Shown in pieces: positions 8,646 to 18,127 of a stretch of 64,000 nucleotides of DNA. Within the stretch, counting starts at the first letter, position 1. Each line of letters opens with the position of its first letter. The DNA comes from Caulobacterales bacterium (GTDB taxonomy: Bacteria; Pseudomonadota; Alphaproteobacteria; Caulobacterales; Caulobacteraceae), in assembly GCA_019510435.1 (NCBI GenBank), contig JAEKKJ010000011.1, positions 115,252 to 179,251 on the forward strand. The letters are read 5' to 3'. The translations under genes were made by a program, and so were the position numbers. The notes under the pieces are model-generated. The model ran no database searches. It worked only from the letters and a program-made list of their open reading frames with translations, and was not told the origin of the DNA.

Positions 8646-10654
8646 GTCGCGGCGCCCTGCTGGCCCAGCCGCTCGAGCAGGGCTTCACGCGCCGACCGAC
8701 GCGCCCGGTCCACCCGCGCCACCTCTTCGGCCGGCACGTGGAACTCATGCACGTCGCGCCAGGCGAAGACCACGAACCCGGCGAAGGCGGCCGCCAGGCC
8801 CAGCCCCGCCAGCCACCAGATCTGCCAGATCAGCGCAAACCCGGTCACGGTGGCGAAGAAGGCGGTGTAGAAGCCGACCGGGCTGTTCACCGGCATCTCG
8901 ATCGGCTCGTACCGGGGTTCCGGCGACAGCTGCTGGGACTCGACCGCCCGCAGCTTGATGTCCCAGTAGGCCTCCTCGCCCTGGACGTTGGGCATGACCG
9001 CGAAGTTGAAGAACGGCGCCGGCGACGGGGTCGCCCATTCCAGGGAGCGGCCGTCCCAGGGATCGCCAGTCACGTCGCGCAGCTCGTCACGCCGCAGGAT
9101 GCTGACCACCAGCATCACCACCTGGCAGACGGCGCCGACGATCAGGATCCCGACGCCGACCAGCGACAGGTCCAGCAACGGCCGCCATTCCTCGATGTTC
9201 ACGTGCTGCAGGCGCCGCGTCATGCCCTGCAGGCCCAGGATGTAGAGGGGCGCGAAGGTGACCCAGAAGCCGACCAGGGCGAACCAGAACGCCGCCTTGC
9301 CCCACCCCTCGTGCAGGCGGAAGCCGAAGGCCTTGGGGAACCAGTAGTCGATGCCCGCGAACAGGCCGAACACCACGCCGCCGACGATCACGTTGTGGAA
9401 GTGGGCCACCAGGAACATCGAGTTGTGGACCAGGAAGTCGGCCGGCGGGACGGCCAGCAAAACCCCGGTCATGCCCCCGATCACGAAGGTGAAGATGAAC
9501 CCCAGGGACCACAGCATCGGCACGCTGAAGCGCACCCGCCCGCCGTACATGGTGAAGATCCAGTTGTAGATCTTCACGCCGGTGCCTACGGCGATGATGC
9601 TGGTGGAGATGCCGAAGGCGGTGTTGACCGCCGCGCCCGCCCCCATGGTGAAGAAGTGGTGCAGCCACACCATCATGGCCACGATGCAGATGAACAGGGT
9701 GGCCGCGACCATCGAGCGGTAGCCGAACAGCGGCTTGCCCGAGAAGGTGGAGAAGATTTCCGAGAAGATGCCGAACGCCGGCAGGACCAGGATGTAGACC
9801 TCAGGGTGCCCCCAGGCCCAGATCAGGTTCACGAACATCATCGGGTTGCCGCCCGCGGTGTTGGTGAAATAGTGGAAGCCGAAGTACCGATCGAGGCTCA
9901 GCATCGCCAAGGTGGCGGTCAGGATCGGGAACACCGCCACGATCAGCAGGCTGGCGGCCAGCACGGTCCAGCAGAACATCGGCATGCGCAGATAGGTCAT
10001 GCCGGGGCAGCGCATCTTCAGCACCGTGGTGACGAAGTTTATCCCCGTCATCAGCGTGCCCACGCCGGAGATCTGCACGGCCCAGAGGTAGTAGTCGACG
10101 CCGACGCCGGGCGAGTAGGTCGCCTCGCTGAGCGGGGGATAGGGCAGCCAGCCGGTGCGGGCGAACTCGCCGATGAACAGCGAGACATTGACCAGAAGCG
10201 CGCCCGAGGCCGTGAGCCAGAAGCTGACCGAGTTCAGGGTCGGAAAGGCCACGTCGCGCACGCCGAGCTGCAGGGGCGTGACGAAGTTCATGAGGCCGAT
10301 CACCAGCGGCATGGCCGCGAAGAAGATCATGATCGTGCCGTGCGCCGAGAAGATCTGGTTGTAGTGCTCCGGCGGCAGGTAGCCCGGGGCGTTGATCGCC
10401 AGCGCCTGCTGGCTGCGCATCATGATCGCGTCGGCGAAGCCGCGGATCAGCATCACCGACCCCAGCAGGCAGTACATGATGCCGATGCGCTTGTGGTCGA
10501 CGCTGGTGATCCACTCGCGCCAGAGGTAGGGCCACCACCCCTTCGCCGTCACCAGGCCGAGGACGCCCAGGATGGTCAGGATCAGGACCACCGAGGTGAT
10601 CAGGGGAATGGGCTGGTCGAGGGGGATGGCGGACCAGCTGAGCTTGCCGAACAT
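8642..10654 (-). CDS. cyoB: Cytochrome bo3 ubiquinol oxidase subunit I
   Basis: SVDHKRIG, quinol-site RGFAD and HYNQ, GHPEVY, WLHHFF, AHFHNV. Confidence 0.96.
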   Translation of the reverse strand: MFGKLSWSAIPLDQPIPLITSVVLILTILGVLGLVTAKGWWPYLWREWITSVDHKRIGIMYCLLGSVMLIRGFADAIMMRSQQALAINAPGYLPPEHYNQIFSAHGTIMIFFAAMPLVIGLMNFVTPLQLGVRDVAFPTLNSVSFWLTASGALLVNVSLFIGEFARTGWLPYPPLSEATYSPGVGVDYYLWAVQISGVGTLMTGINFVTTVLKMRCPGMTYLRMPMFCWTVLAASLLIVAVFPILTATLAMLSLDRYFGFHYFTNTAGGNPMMFVNLIWAWGHPEVYILVLPAFGIFSEIFSTFSGKPLFGYRSMVAATLFICIVAMMVWLHHFFTMGAGAAVNTAFGISTSIIAVGTGVKIYNWIFTMYGGRVRFSVPMLWSLGFIFTFVIGGMTGVLLAVPPADFLVHNSMFLVAHFHNVIVGGVVFGLFAGIDYWFPKAFGFRLHEGWGKAAFWFALVGFWVTFAPLYILGLQGMTRRLQHVNIEEWRPLLDLSLVGVGILIVGAVCQVVMLVVSILRRDELRDVTGDPWDGRSLEWATPSPAPFFNFAVMPNVQGEEAYWDIKLRAVESQQLSPEPRYEPIEMPVNSPVGFYTAFFATVTGFALIWQIWWLAGLGLAAAFAGFVVFAWRDVHEFHVPAEEVARVDRARRSAREALLERLGQQGAAT

Positions 10655-10657
10655 GCG

Positions 10658-11584
10658 TCAGCGCCTCCCCCCGGTTGAGACCTCGCGCCCCGAATGCGAT
10701 GGGTTTTCCGGCTGCGGGCCTGGGCCGGGGCCGATCGCCTGGGTCGCCACCGCCTGGAACAGCTGCGGATCGACGCCGCCGTAGGTGACGGGGCTCACCC
10801 TCTGGCTCTGGCGCATGAGCTGGGCGTAGGCGGCGGGGTCCAGCATCGGGCCGGCGCCGCGCGCGGCCTGGGCCCACGCCTGGAACTCGGCGGGCGCGAC
10901 GCTCCTGACCTGGAACTGCATGTCGGAAAAGCCGTCGCCGCTGAACTGCGCGGACTGGCCGAACAGCAGAGCCGGCCGGTCGGCCTGCAGGTTGAGCTGC
11001 GAGACCATGCCCGGCATGGCGTAGATCATCGAGCCCAGGCGCGGCACGAAGAACACGTTGAAGACGCTGGCCGAGGTGATCGAGAAATGCACCGGCGTCC
11101 CGGCCGGCACCACCAGCTGGTTGACCGTGGCGATGCCCTGCTGCGGGTAGATGAACAGCCACTTCCAATCCAGGGCCACCACCTGGACCTCCAGCGGCGG
11201 GCTCTTCGAGGGCAGGGGCTTGAACGGGTCGAGGCGGTAAGACCCGATCCAGATGATGCCGCCGATGAACATGATGGTCAGGATCGGGATCGACCAGACC
11301 ACAGCCTCGATCCGGCCCGAATAGGACCAGTTGGGCAGGTACTCCGCCTTGGGGTTGGAGGCGCGGTAGCGCCAGGCCATCCAGAAGGCGAGCAGGATCG
11401 TGGGGATCACGATCACCAGCATCACCATCAGGGCGTCGAAGAAGATGGCGCTGTCGTCGGCCCCCACCGGGCCGACCGGATCCAGGACGCCGCGCGCGCA
11501 TCCGCCGAGCCCGGCCGCGGCCAGCCCAACAGCTGCTCGACGCGCCATCCGCTGGCGCGCCGCATGCGCCGACCTTCGAGGCAT
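10658..11584 (-). CDS. cyoA: Cytochrome bo3 ubiquinol oxidase subunit II (lipoprotein); alternative start 11548
   Basis: Lipobox LGGC, LDPVGPVG, IEAVVWSIP, VVALDWKWLFIYP, SAQFSGDGFSDM; no CuA cysteines. Confidence 0.92.
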   Translation of the reverse strand: MPRRSAHAARQRMARRAAVGLAAAGLGGCARGVLDPVGPVGADDSAIFFDALMVMLVIVIPTILLAFWMAWRYRASNPKAEYLPNWSYSGRIEAVVWSIPILTIMFIGGIIWIGSYRLDPFKPLPSKSPPLEVQVVALDWKWLFIYPQQGIATVNQLVVPAGTPVHFSITSASVFNVFFVPRLGSMIYAMPGMVSQLNLQADRPALLFGQSAQFSGDGFSDMQFQVRSVAPAEFQAWAQAARGAGPMLDPAAYAQLMRQSQRVSPVTYGGVDPQLFQAVATQAIGPGPGPQPENPSHSGREVSTGGRR

Positions 11585-11700
11585 CCGTCCCGTCCCGGAG
11601 TTCGATTGCCCTCCCAACCTCAGCCCAACCGGGCGGGTTCCGGGGGCCGCGGACGGAACTTCCCGCGACGGCCGGCGTGGGCCGCCTCCCCGACTGCGCC

Positions 11701-12768
11701 TCAGCGCTGGCGTGCGGCGGCGAGTTCGCGCGCCAGGGTCGCCACCAGCTCGCCGGCCGGCATGGCGCGGGCCAGCGGGGCGCCCTGCCCCGCCCACTGC
11801 GCGCCGTAGCCGCCCTCACCTCTCGCCTTCGCCGCGGCCGCCAGCGCCTTTCCGGCGTCGTAGGTGATCGGATAGTCGGGGACCGCCGCGCCCTTCAGCT
11901 CGGCGTCCTTCAGGGCCGTGAAGCGGTTGGGCAGGCTGCGCGCCAGGCGGCCGGAGACCAGGGCGGTCATCTCGGTCGCCGCCGCGCCGGGGCCGAACAG
12001 CGCCTCGCGGAAGAAGTTGTCGGCGCTGGACTCCGGACAGCCGATGAAGGCCGTCCCCAGCTGGGCGGCCTCGGCGCCAAGATCGAGGACCGCTGCGACG
12101 CCCGCGCCGTCCATGATGGCGCCCGCGGCGATCACCGGACGCGGGATCTTCCGCGCCAGCAGGCGGGTCAGGGCCAACACGCCGAGGCGCGGGTCGGGCG
12201 CCTCCGGATCGAAGACCCCGCGGTGGCCGCCGGCCTCGTAGCCCTGGGCCACGATGGCGTCGACGCCAGCGGCGACCCCAGCCTCGGCCTCCGCGAGGTT
12301 GGTCGCCGACGACAGCAGCACGATCCCCGCCCCCTTCAGCCGGCCGATGACCGCCGCCGACGGCAGGCCGAAGTGGAAGCTGACCACCGCGGGTCGCGTC
12401 TCCACCAAGAGGTCGACCATGGCCGGGTCCGCCAGGAAGGTGCGGTAGATCTCCCGGAGGCCGGTCGGTGGCTCGGCGCCATAACGCGCGAAGACCGGGC
12501 GCAGCCGGGCCAGCCATGCCGCCTCCCGCTCCGGGTCGGCGCTCGCAGGGCGATGGCAGAAGACGTTCACGTTGAAGGGGCCGGAGGTCAGCGACCGCGC
12601 CGCCTCGATCATCTTGCGCGCACCGGCCGCGTCCGTGGCGGCGACCCCGATGGAGCCCAGGGCTCCAGCCTCGGTCACGGCCGCGGCCATCTGGGGCGTC
12701 GACACCCCCGCCATCGGCGCCTGGATGATCGGCAGCTCCACCCCGATCCGCTGCAGCACGCCGGCCAT
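11701..12768 (-). CDS. Nitronate monooxygenase family FMN oxidoreductase
   Basis: PIIQAPMAGVST, QGYEAGGHRG, IAAGAIMDG, QLGTAF; ATG 12768 with GAGGAG RBS. Confidence 0.85.
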   Translation of the reverse strand: MAGVLQRIGVELPIIQAPMAGVSTPQMAAAVTEAGALGSIGVAATDAAGARKMIEAARSLTSGPFNVNVFCHRPASADPEREAAWLARLRPVFARYGAEPPTGLREIYRTFLADPAMVDLLVETRPAVVSFHFGLPSAAVIGRLKGAGIVLLSSATNLAEAEAGVAAGVDAIVAQGYEAGGHRGVFDPEAPDPRLGVLALTRLLARKIPRPVIAAGAIMDGAGVAAVLDLGAEAAQLGTAFIGCPESSADNFFREALFGPGAAATEMTALVSGRLARSLPNRFTALKDAELKGAAVPDYPITYDAGKALAAAAKARGEGGYGAQWAGQGAPLARAMPAGELVATLARELAAARQR

Positions 12769-12924
12769 GCCCAAGGCTCCTCTTGCTCGCCCAACGATCC
12801 AGGCGGTCCGATTTAGAGCGTTCCAGCGTCTACCCGAATGGCCAGCCTTCGAAAGATGGCCTTCCAGGCGCCGGAACGATCGGCCTCGAACGGCGCGAAA
12901 CGCACGAGGTCCGATCTTCTACCC

Positions 12925-12956
12925 AAATTGGTCAGTCCAGAGTGGACAAACCAATT
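12925..12956. promoter_or_regulatory. Tandem FadR/GntR-type operator boxes upstream of manD
   Basis: TGGTCAGTCCA (12929-12939) and TGGACAAACCA (12943-12953), bracketed by AATTGGT...ACCAATT; resembles the FadR-subfamily TGGTnnnACCA consensus. Confidence 0.65.
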
Positions 12957-13071
12957 CCGGCGCCTTAGCGACAGGGGTGGGTGGGAACGACGAGCGCAGC
13001 TTGCCAATGCCGCCCCCATGAGAATGGGTCGAGCCCAAGCCGCTCGACCGCTGCAGGAGGATCCGCGCGAT

Positions 13072-14280
13072 ATGCGTATCGTCGACGCGAAGGTGATCGT
13101 CACCTCTCCCGGTCGCAACTTCGTCACCCTGAAGATCGTGACGGACGAGGGCGTCCACGGCATCGGCGACGCCACGCTGAACGGCCGCGAGCTGGCGGTG
13201 GTCGCCTACCTGCAGGAGCACGTGATCCCGGTGCTGATCGGGCGCGATCCGCGGCGGATCGAGGACATCTGGCAGTTCCTCTACCGCGGGGCCTACTGGC
13301 GGCGCGGGCCGGTCACCATGCGGGCGATCGCGGCGGTCGACGTGGCGCTATGGGACATCAAGGCCAAGCTGGCCGGCATGCCCCTGTATGACCTCCTCGG
13401 CGGCAAGAGCCGCGAGGGCGTGATGGTCTACGGCCACGCCAACGGCGCCGACATCGCCGAGACCTGCGATGAGGTCGAGCGCTACCTCGGCATGGGCTAC
13501 AAGGCCATCCGCGCCCAGAGCGGCATCCCCGGCGTGGAGAAGGCCTACGGCGTCGGCCGCGGCCAGATGTTCTACGAGCCCGCCGACGCGGCCCTGCCTA
13601 CCGAGACGGTCTGGTCGACGTCCAAATACCTGGACCATGCGCCCAAGCTGTTCGACGCCCTGCGCCAGCGGGTGGGCTTCGGGGTGGAGCTGCTGCACGA
13701 CGCCCACCACCGGCTGACGCCCATGGAGGCCGCGCGCCTGGGCAAGTCGCTGGAGCCCTACCGCCTGTTCTGGCTGGAGGACGTGACTCCGGCCGAGAAC
13801 CAGGAGGCGTTCCGCCTGGTGCGCCAGCACACCACCACGCCGCTGGCGGTGGGCGAGGTGTTCAACACCATCTGGGACTGCAAGGACCTGATCCAGGGCC
13901 AGCTGATCGACTTCATCCGCGCCACCATCGTCGGCGCCGGCGGGGTCACCCACCTGCGGCGGATCGCCGATTTCGCCGCGCTGTGGCAGGTGCGGACCGG
14001 GTGCCACGGGGCCACCGACCTGTCGCCCGTGACCATGGGCGCGGCCCTGCACTTCGACAGCTGGGTCCCGAACTTCGGGATCCAGGAATATATGCGCCAC
14101 ACGCCGGAGACCGATGCGGTCTTCCCGCATGCCTACAGCTTCAAGGATGGCCTGCTGTTCCCCGGCGAGGCGCCGGGCCACGGCGTGGACATCGACGAGG
14201 CCCTGGCGGCGAAATACCCCTACGACCCGCGCCAGCTCCCGGTCGCGCGGCTCGAGGATGGCACCATGTGGAACTGGTGA
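13072..14280 (+). CDS. manD: D-mannonate dehydratase (enolase superfamily, ManD/RspA type)
   Basis: ATG 13072 after GGAGG, 402 aa; [45 protein letters not shown]. Confidence 0.92.
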   Translation: MRIVDAKVIVTSPGRNFVTLKIVTDEGVHGIGDATLNGRELAVVAYLQEHVIPVLIGRDPRRIEDIWQFLYRGAYWRRGPVTMRAIAAVDVALWDIKAKLAGMPLYDLLGGKSREGVMVYGHANGADIAETCDEVERYLGMGYKAIRAQSGIPGVEKAYGVGRGQMFYEPADAALPTETVWSTSKYLDHAPKLFDALRQRVGFGVELLHDAHHRLTPMEAARLGKSLEPYRLFWLEDVTPAENQEAFRLVRQHTTTPLAVGEVFNTIWDCKDLIQGQLIDFIRATIVGAGGVTHLRRIADFAALWQVRTGCHGATDLSPVTMGAALHFDSWVPNFGIQEYMRHTPETDAVFPHAYSFKDGLLFPGEAPGHGVDIDEALAAKYPYDPRQLPVARLEDGTMWNW

Positions 14281-14319
14281 GGCCGTGGCGGGGGTGAGGC
14301 GCAGGGCCGGAGCGCGGCC

Positions 14320-15579
14320 ATGAAGCTCAGCCGCCTTCGCTGGTGGATCGTCGCGCTGGTCTGCGCCGGGACGGTGCTGAACTACCTGGCCCGCAACTCC
14401 CTCGGCGTCCTGGCCCCGCAGCTCACCAAGGACCTGGGCTTCACCACCCAGCAGTACTCCTACGTCGTGGCCGCCTTCCAGGTGGCCTACACCGCCATGC
14501 AGCCGATCTGCGGCGCCCTGATCGACGGGCTGGGCCTGAAGCTGGCCTTCGCCCTCTTCGCGGTGGCCTGGTCGCTGGCCAACATGGCCCACGGCTTCGC
14601 CGGCGGCTGGATGTCGCTGGCCTTCTTCCGCGGCCTGCTGGGAATCAGCGAGTCCGCGGCGATCCCGGCGGGCGTGAAGGCGGTCAGCGAGTGGTTCCCG
14701 GCCCGCGACCGCTCGGTGGCCATTGGCTTCTTCAACGCCGGCACCTCGCTGGGCGCGGCCATCGCCCCGCCGGTGGTGATCTTCCTGTCCCTGGCCTACG
14801 GCTGGCGTTCGGCCTTCGTGGTCACCGGCGCGGTCGGCCTCGTCTGGGCGGCGGCCTGGTACCTGCTCTACGATTCGCCCGCCAAGCACCGCGCCCTCAA
14901 CGCCGAGCAACGGGCCCTTGCGCCTTCGATCGTCGAGGCCTCGACCCAGCCGCCCGTCACCTTCGCCGGCCTGGTGCGCCAGCGCGAGTTCTGGGGCCTG
15001 GCGATCCCGCGGTTCCTGATCGAGCCGGCCTGGCAGACCTTCAGCTTCTGGATCCCCCTGTACCTCGCCCGTGAGCGCGGCCTGGACCTGAAGTCCATCG
15101 CCCTCTTCGCCTGGCTGCCGTTCCTGGCGTCCGACGCCGGGGGCATCCTGGGCGGCTACCTCTCGCCGTTCCTGATGAAGCGCTTCCGCCTGGGGCTGCT
15201 GACCTCGCGCTCGGCCGGATTCGCCCTGGGCTGCGTGATGATGATCGCCCCGGCCAGCGTCGGCCTGGCGGCCGGGCCCTACGCGGCCATCGCCCTCTTC
15301 TGCGTCGGCGGGTTCGCCCACCAGATGCTTTCGGTGCTGCTGAACACCCTGACCACCGACGTCTTCCCGCGCGAGAGCGTGGCCCGCGCCAACGGCTTCG
15401 TCGGCATGTGCGGCTGGATCGGCGGGCTGCTGTTCTCGCTGCTGGTGGGGGCGTTGGCCGACACCGTGGGCTTCGCGCCATTGTTCCGCCTCCTGGCGGT
15501 GTTCGACATCAGCGGCGCGATCATCCTGTTCGCCGTCCTGCGGCCGGTCCGCCGCGACGCCCGGGCCGCCCTCGCATGA
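14320..15579 (+). CDS. MFS hexuronate transporter (ExuT-like)
   Basis: About 12 hydrophobic segments; NYLARNS, EWFP.RDRS.A.G.FN.GTS.GA, FSFWIPLYL; directly follows manD. Confidence 0.82.
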   Translation: MKLSRLRWWIVALVCAGTVLNYLARNSLGVLAPQLTKDLGFTTQQYSYVVAAFQVAYTAMQPICGALIDGLGLKLAFALFAVAWSLANMAHGFAGGWMSLAFFRGLLGISESAAIPAGVKAVSEWFPARDRSVAIGFFNAGTSLGAAIAPPVVIFLSLAYGWRSAFVVTGAVGLVWAAAWYLLYDSPAKHRALNAEQRALAPSIVEASTQPPVTFAGLVRQREFWGLAIPRFLIEPAWQTFSFWIPLYLARERGLDLKSIALFAWLPFLASDAGGILGGYLSPFLMKRFRLGLLTSRSAGFALGCVMMIAPASVGLAAGPYAAIALFCVGGFAHQMLSVLLNTLTTDVFPRESVARANGFVGMCGWIGGLLFSLLVGALADTVGFAPLFRLLAVFDISGAIILFAVLRPVRRDARAALA

Positions 15580-17981
15580 CGCCGTCCATCGCACGGCCGC
15601 CGCGCTTCCGGCTGCAGGGCCGCGAAGGGCCGCGAGTCACCCTGGCCAGCGAGGCCGGCTACGCCGTGGACATCCTGGTGCTGGAGCCGGACATCGTCCA
15701 CGTGCTGCACACCGGCCCCGACGGGCCGACCAGTCCGCGCACCTGGGCCATCGCCCCCGGCGCGGAGGACGTGGCCGATGCGGGCCGCGAGCGCCTGGAC
15801 ACCGCGGGGTTCAGCTGCCCCGACTTCCAACTGGACGAGGCGGACGGGCGGCTGACCATCGCCACCGACCGCCTGCGCCTGACGATCCGCCTGGAGGGCC
15901 TGGCCTCGACCTGGGAGATGGCGACGGCCGAAGGCTGGGCCGCGATCGCGCGGGACCGGCCGACCCAGGCCTATAATTTCGGCTGGTGGGCGCCTAGCCC
16001 GGTCCACTACCTCGCCCGCGATCCGGCCGAGCGCTACTTCGGCCTGGGCGAGCGCAGCGGGCCGCTGGACCGCGCCGGCCGCCGCTTCGTGCTGAACAAC
16101 GTCGACGCCATGGGCTACGACGCCCAGGCCTCGGACCCGCTCTACAAGCACATCCCGTTCTACATCACTCAGAACGCGGCCAGCGGCCATGCCTTCGGCC
16201 TGTTCTACGACACCTATGCCGACGCGGCTTTCGACTTCGGCTGCGAGCGCAGCAACTACCACGGCCTTTTCCGCAGCTTCCGGGCCGCGGCCGGCGACCT
16301 GGACTACTATGTCATCGCCGGGCCGGCGGTGGCGGACGTCACCCGCCGCTTCACCTGGCTGACCGGCCGCCCGACGCGGCTCCCGCGCTGGGCGCTGGGC
16401 TATTCCGGCTCGACCATGAGCTACACCGACGCCCCGGACGCGCAGGCGCAGATGGCCGGCTTCATCGACAACTGCCGCCGCCACGACATCCTCTGCGACA
16501 GCTTCCACCTCTCCAGCGGCTACACCTCCATCGGCCCGCGCCGCTACGTCTTCCACTGGAACCGCGAGAAGTTCCCCGACCCGGCGGCCTTCGCGGCCAG
16601 CTACCGCGAGGCGGGGGTGCGGCTGGTGGCCAATATCAAGCCGTGCCTCCTCGACGACCACCCGCTCTTCGCCCAGGCGCAAAGCGAGGGCCTGCTGATC
16701 TGCGGGCCGGACGGCGAACCCAGCTGGTGCCAGTTCTGGGATGGGCTCGGCGCCTACATCGACTTCACCAACCCGCGGGCTCAGACATGGTGGCGGGAGC
16801 ACGTGACCGCCGACCTGCTCGACATGGGCATCGTCGCCACCTGGAACGACAACAACGAGTTCGAGGTCGTCGACCCCAACGCCCTCTCCGCCATGTTCGG
16901 CGGACCAGCCCCGGCCATCGAGAGCAAGCCGCTGCAGACCCTGCTGATGCAGCGCGCCTCCCAGGCGGCCCAGCGGGCGCATGCGCCGGGGGCGCGGCCG
17001 TTCCTGGTGTCGCGGGCGGGTGCGGCAGGCATGCAGCGCTATGTCCAGACCTGGTCCGGCGACAACGCCACCGCCTGGGAGAGCCTGCGCTGGAACATCC
17101 GCATGGGCCTGGGCCTGGCGCTCTCCGGGGTCTCCAACAGCGGGCACGACATCGGCGGGTTCGCCGGCCCGAAGCCCGACGCCGAGCTCTTCGTCCGCTG
17201 GGTCGAGGCCGGGGTGTTCATGCCGCGCTTCAGCATCCACTCGTGGAACGATGATGGCTCGGCGAACGAGCCGTGGATGTATGACGAAGCCACCGCCACG
17301 GTGCGCGGGCTCATCCGCCTGCGCTACCAGCTCCTGCCCTACCTCTATGACCTGACGCTGCGCCACCACCGCGACTTCGAGCCGATCGCCCGGCCGGCGT
17401 TCCACGACTTCCCAGGCGATGCGCGGTGCTATGCCGACAGCGACGACCTGATGCTGGGCCCTTCGCTCCTGGTGGCTTCGGTGGTCGAGCCGGGCCCCCT
17501 CGCCCGCGAAGTCTACCTGCCCGCCGGCGCGGACTGGCTGGACTTCTGGACCGGCGAGCAATTCGCCGGCGGTCGCAGCGTCAGGCGACCTGCGCCCTGG
17601 GGCCAGCCGCCGCTGCTGGTGCGCGCCGGCTCGGCCATTCCGTTGAACATCGCCGAGCAGAGCTTCGAGCGCCGCGCCGACCAGCGAGCCTTCGCTGTCT
17701 TCGCCCCGGCCTCAGGGCCGATCGCCGGGCGCTGTCTGGAGGACGACGGCGAGACCGAGGCCTGGCGTGACGGCGCCTGGGGCGAGTGGGGGCTGGCGGG
17801 CGAAGCCGACCCCAGCGGGCTGGCGATCCAGGTCAGTCGTCTGGGTCCGCAGCCGCCTGCGGGCTCGCTGGCCCTGCTGTTGCGCCCAGGTGAAGCGCGG
17901 CCGCTTAAGGTCTCGGGCGCGACCGTCTTGAACGACCGGCGTGACGGCGCCTGGCGAAGGGTCGACCTGTCCTTCGATTGA
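15576..17981 (+). CDS. Glycoside hydrolase family 31 (Aec37-like, WNDNNE nucleophile motif)
   Basis: ATG overlaps MFS stop (ATGA); DPLYKHIPF, FHLSSGY, WNDNNE, WSGDN, GHDIGGF, PRFSIH. Confidence 0.88.
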   Translation: MTPSIARPPRFRLQGREGPRVTLASEAGYAVDILVLEPDIVHVLHTGPDGPTSPRTWAIAPGAEDVADAGRERLDTAGFSCPDFQLDEADGRLTIATDRLRLTIRLEGLASTWEMATAEGWAAIARDRPTQAYNFGWWAPSPVHYLARDPAERYFGLGERSGPLDRAGRRFVLNNVDAMGYDAQASDPLYKHIPFYITQNAASGHAFGLFYDTYADAAFDFGCERSNYHGLFRSFRAAAGDLDYYVIAGPAVADVTRRFTWLTGRPTRLPRWALGYSGSTMSYTDAPDAQAQMAGFIDNCRRHDILCDSFHLSSGYTSIGPRRYVFHWNREKFPDPAAFAASYREAGVRLVANIKPCLLDDHPLFAQAQSEGLLICGPDGEPSWCQFWDGLGAYIDFTNPRAQTWWREHVTADLLDMGIVATWNDNNEFEVVDPNALSAMFGGPAPAIESKPLQTLLMQRASQAAQRAHAPGARPFLVSRAGAAGMQRYVQTWSGDNATAWESLRWNIRMGLGLALSGVSNSGHDIGGFAGPKPDAELFVRWVEAGVFMPRFSIHSWNDDGSANEPWMYDEATATVRGLIRLRYQLLPYLYDLTLRHHRDFEPIARPAFHDFPGDARCYADSDDLMLGPSLLVASVVEPGPLAREVYLPAGADWLDFWTGEQFAGGRSVRRPAPWGQPPLLVRAGSAIPLNIAEQSFERRADQRAFAVFAPASGPIAGRCLEDDGETEAWRDGAWGEWGLAGEADPSGLAIQVSRLGPQPPAGSLALLLRPGEARPLKVSGATVLNDRRDGAWRRVDLSFD

Positions 17982-18021
17982 GTGGGCGAAGCCGCCCCTC
18001 CCCTACGCCCAAAACAGCGAA

Positions 18022-18041
18022 GCCTCCGCTTGCGCGGAGGC
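18022..18041 (-). terminator. Probable intrinsic terminator of the TonB-dependent receptor gene
   Basis: Perfect 8-bp stem GCCTCCGC/GCGGAGGC with 4-nt loop, followed on the minus strand by TTCGCTGTTTT. Confidence 0.6.
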
Positions 18042-18079
18042 CCGAAGATCGTCCGAAGAAATGTCGCCCGAAAGGGGGG

Positions 18080-18116
18080 CCGCCGGGCGGCTCTGGGGGA
18101 GAGAGCCGTCCGGCGG
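18080..18116. other. Long GC-rich stem-loop just 3' of the TonB-dependent receptor gene
   Basis: CCGCCGGGCGGCTCT pairs with AGAGCCGTCCGGCGG (15 bp, one G-T). Confidence 0.55.
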
Positions 18117-18127
18117 GGCGCGGCGTC

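Noticed and set aside
12780-12900. TAGAGCG-starting stretch resembling rhizobial RIME-like repeats
   Set aside because: Only the first few bases match and I found no convincing inverted-repeat architecture.
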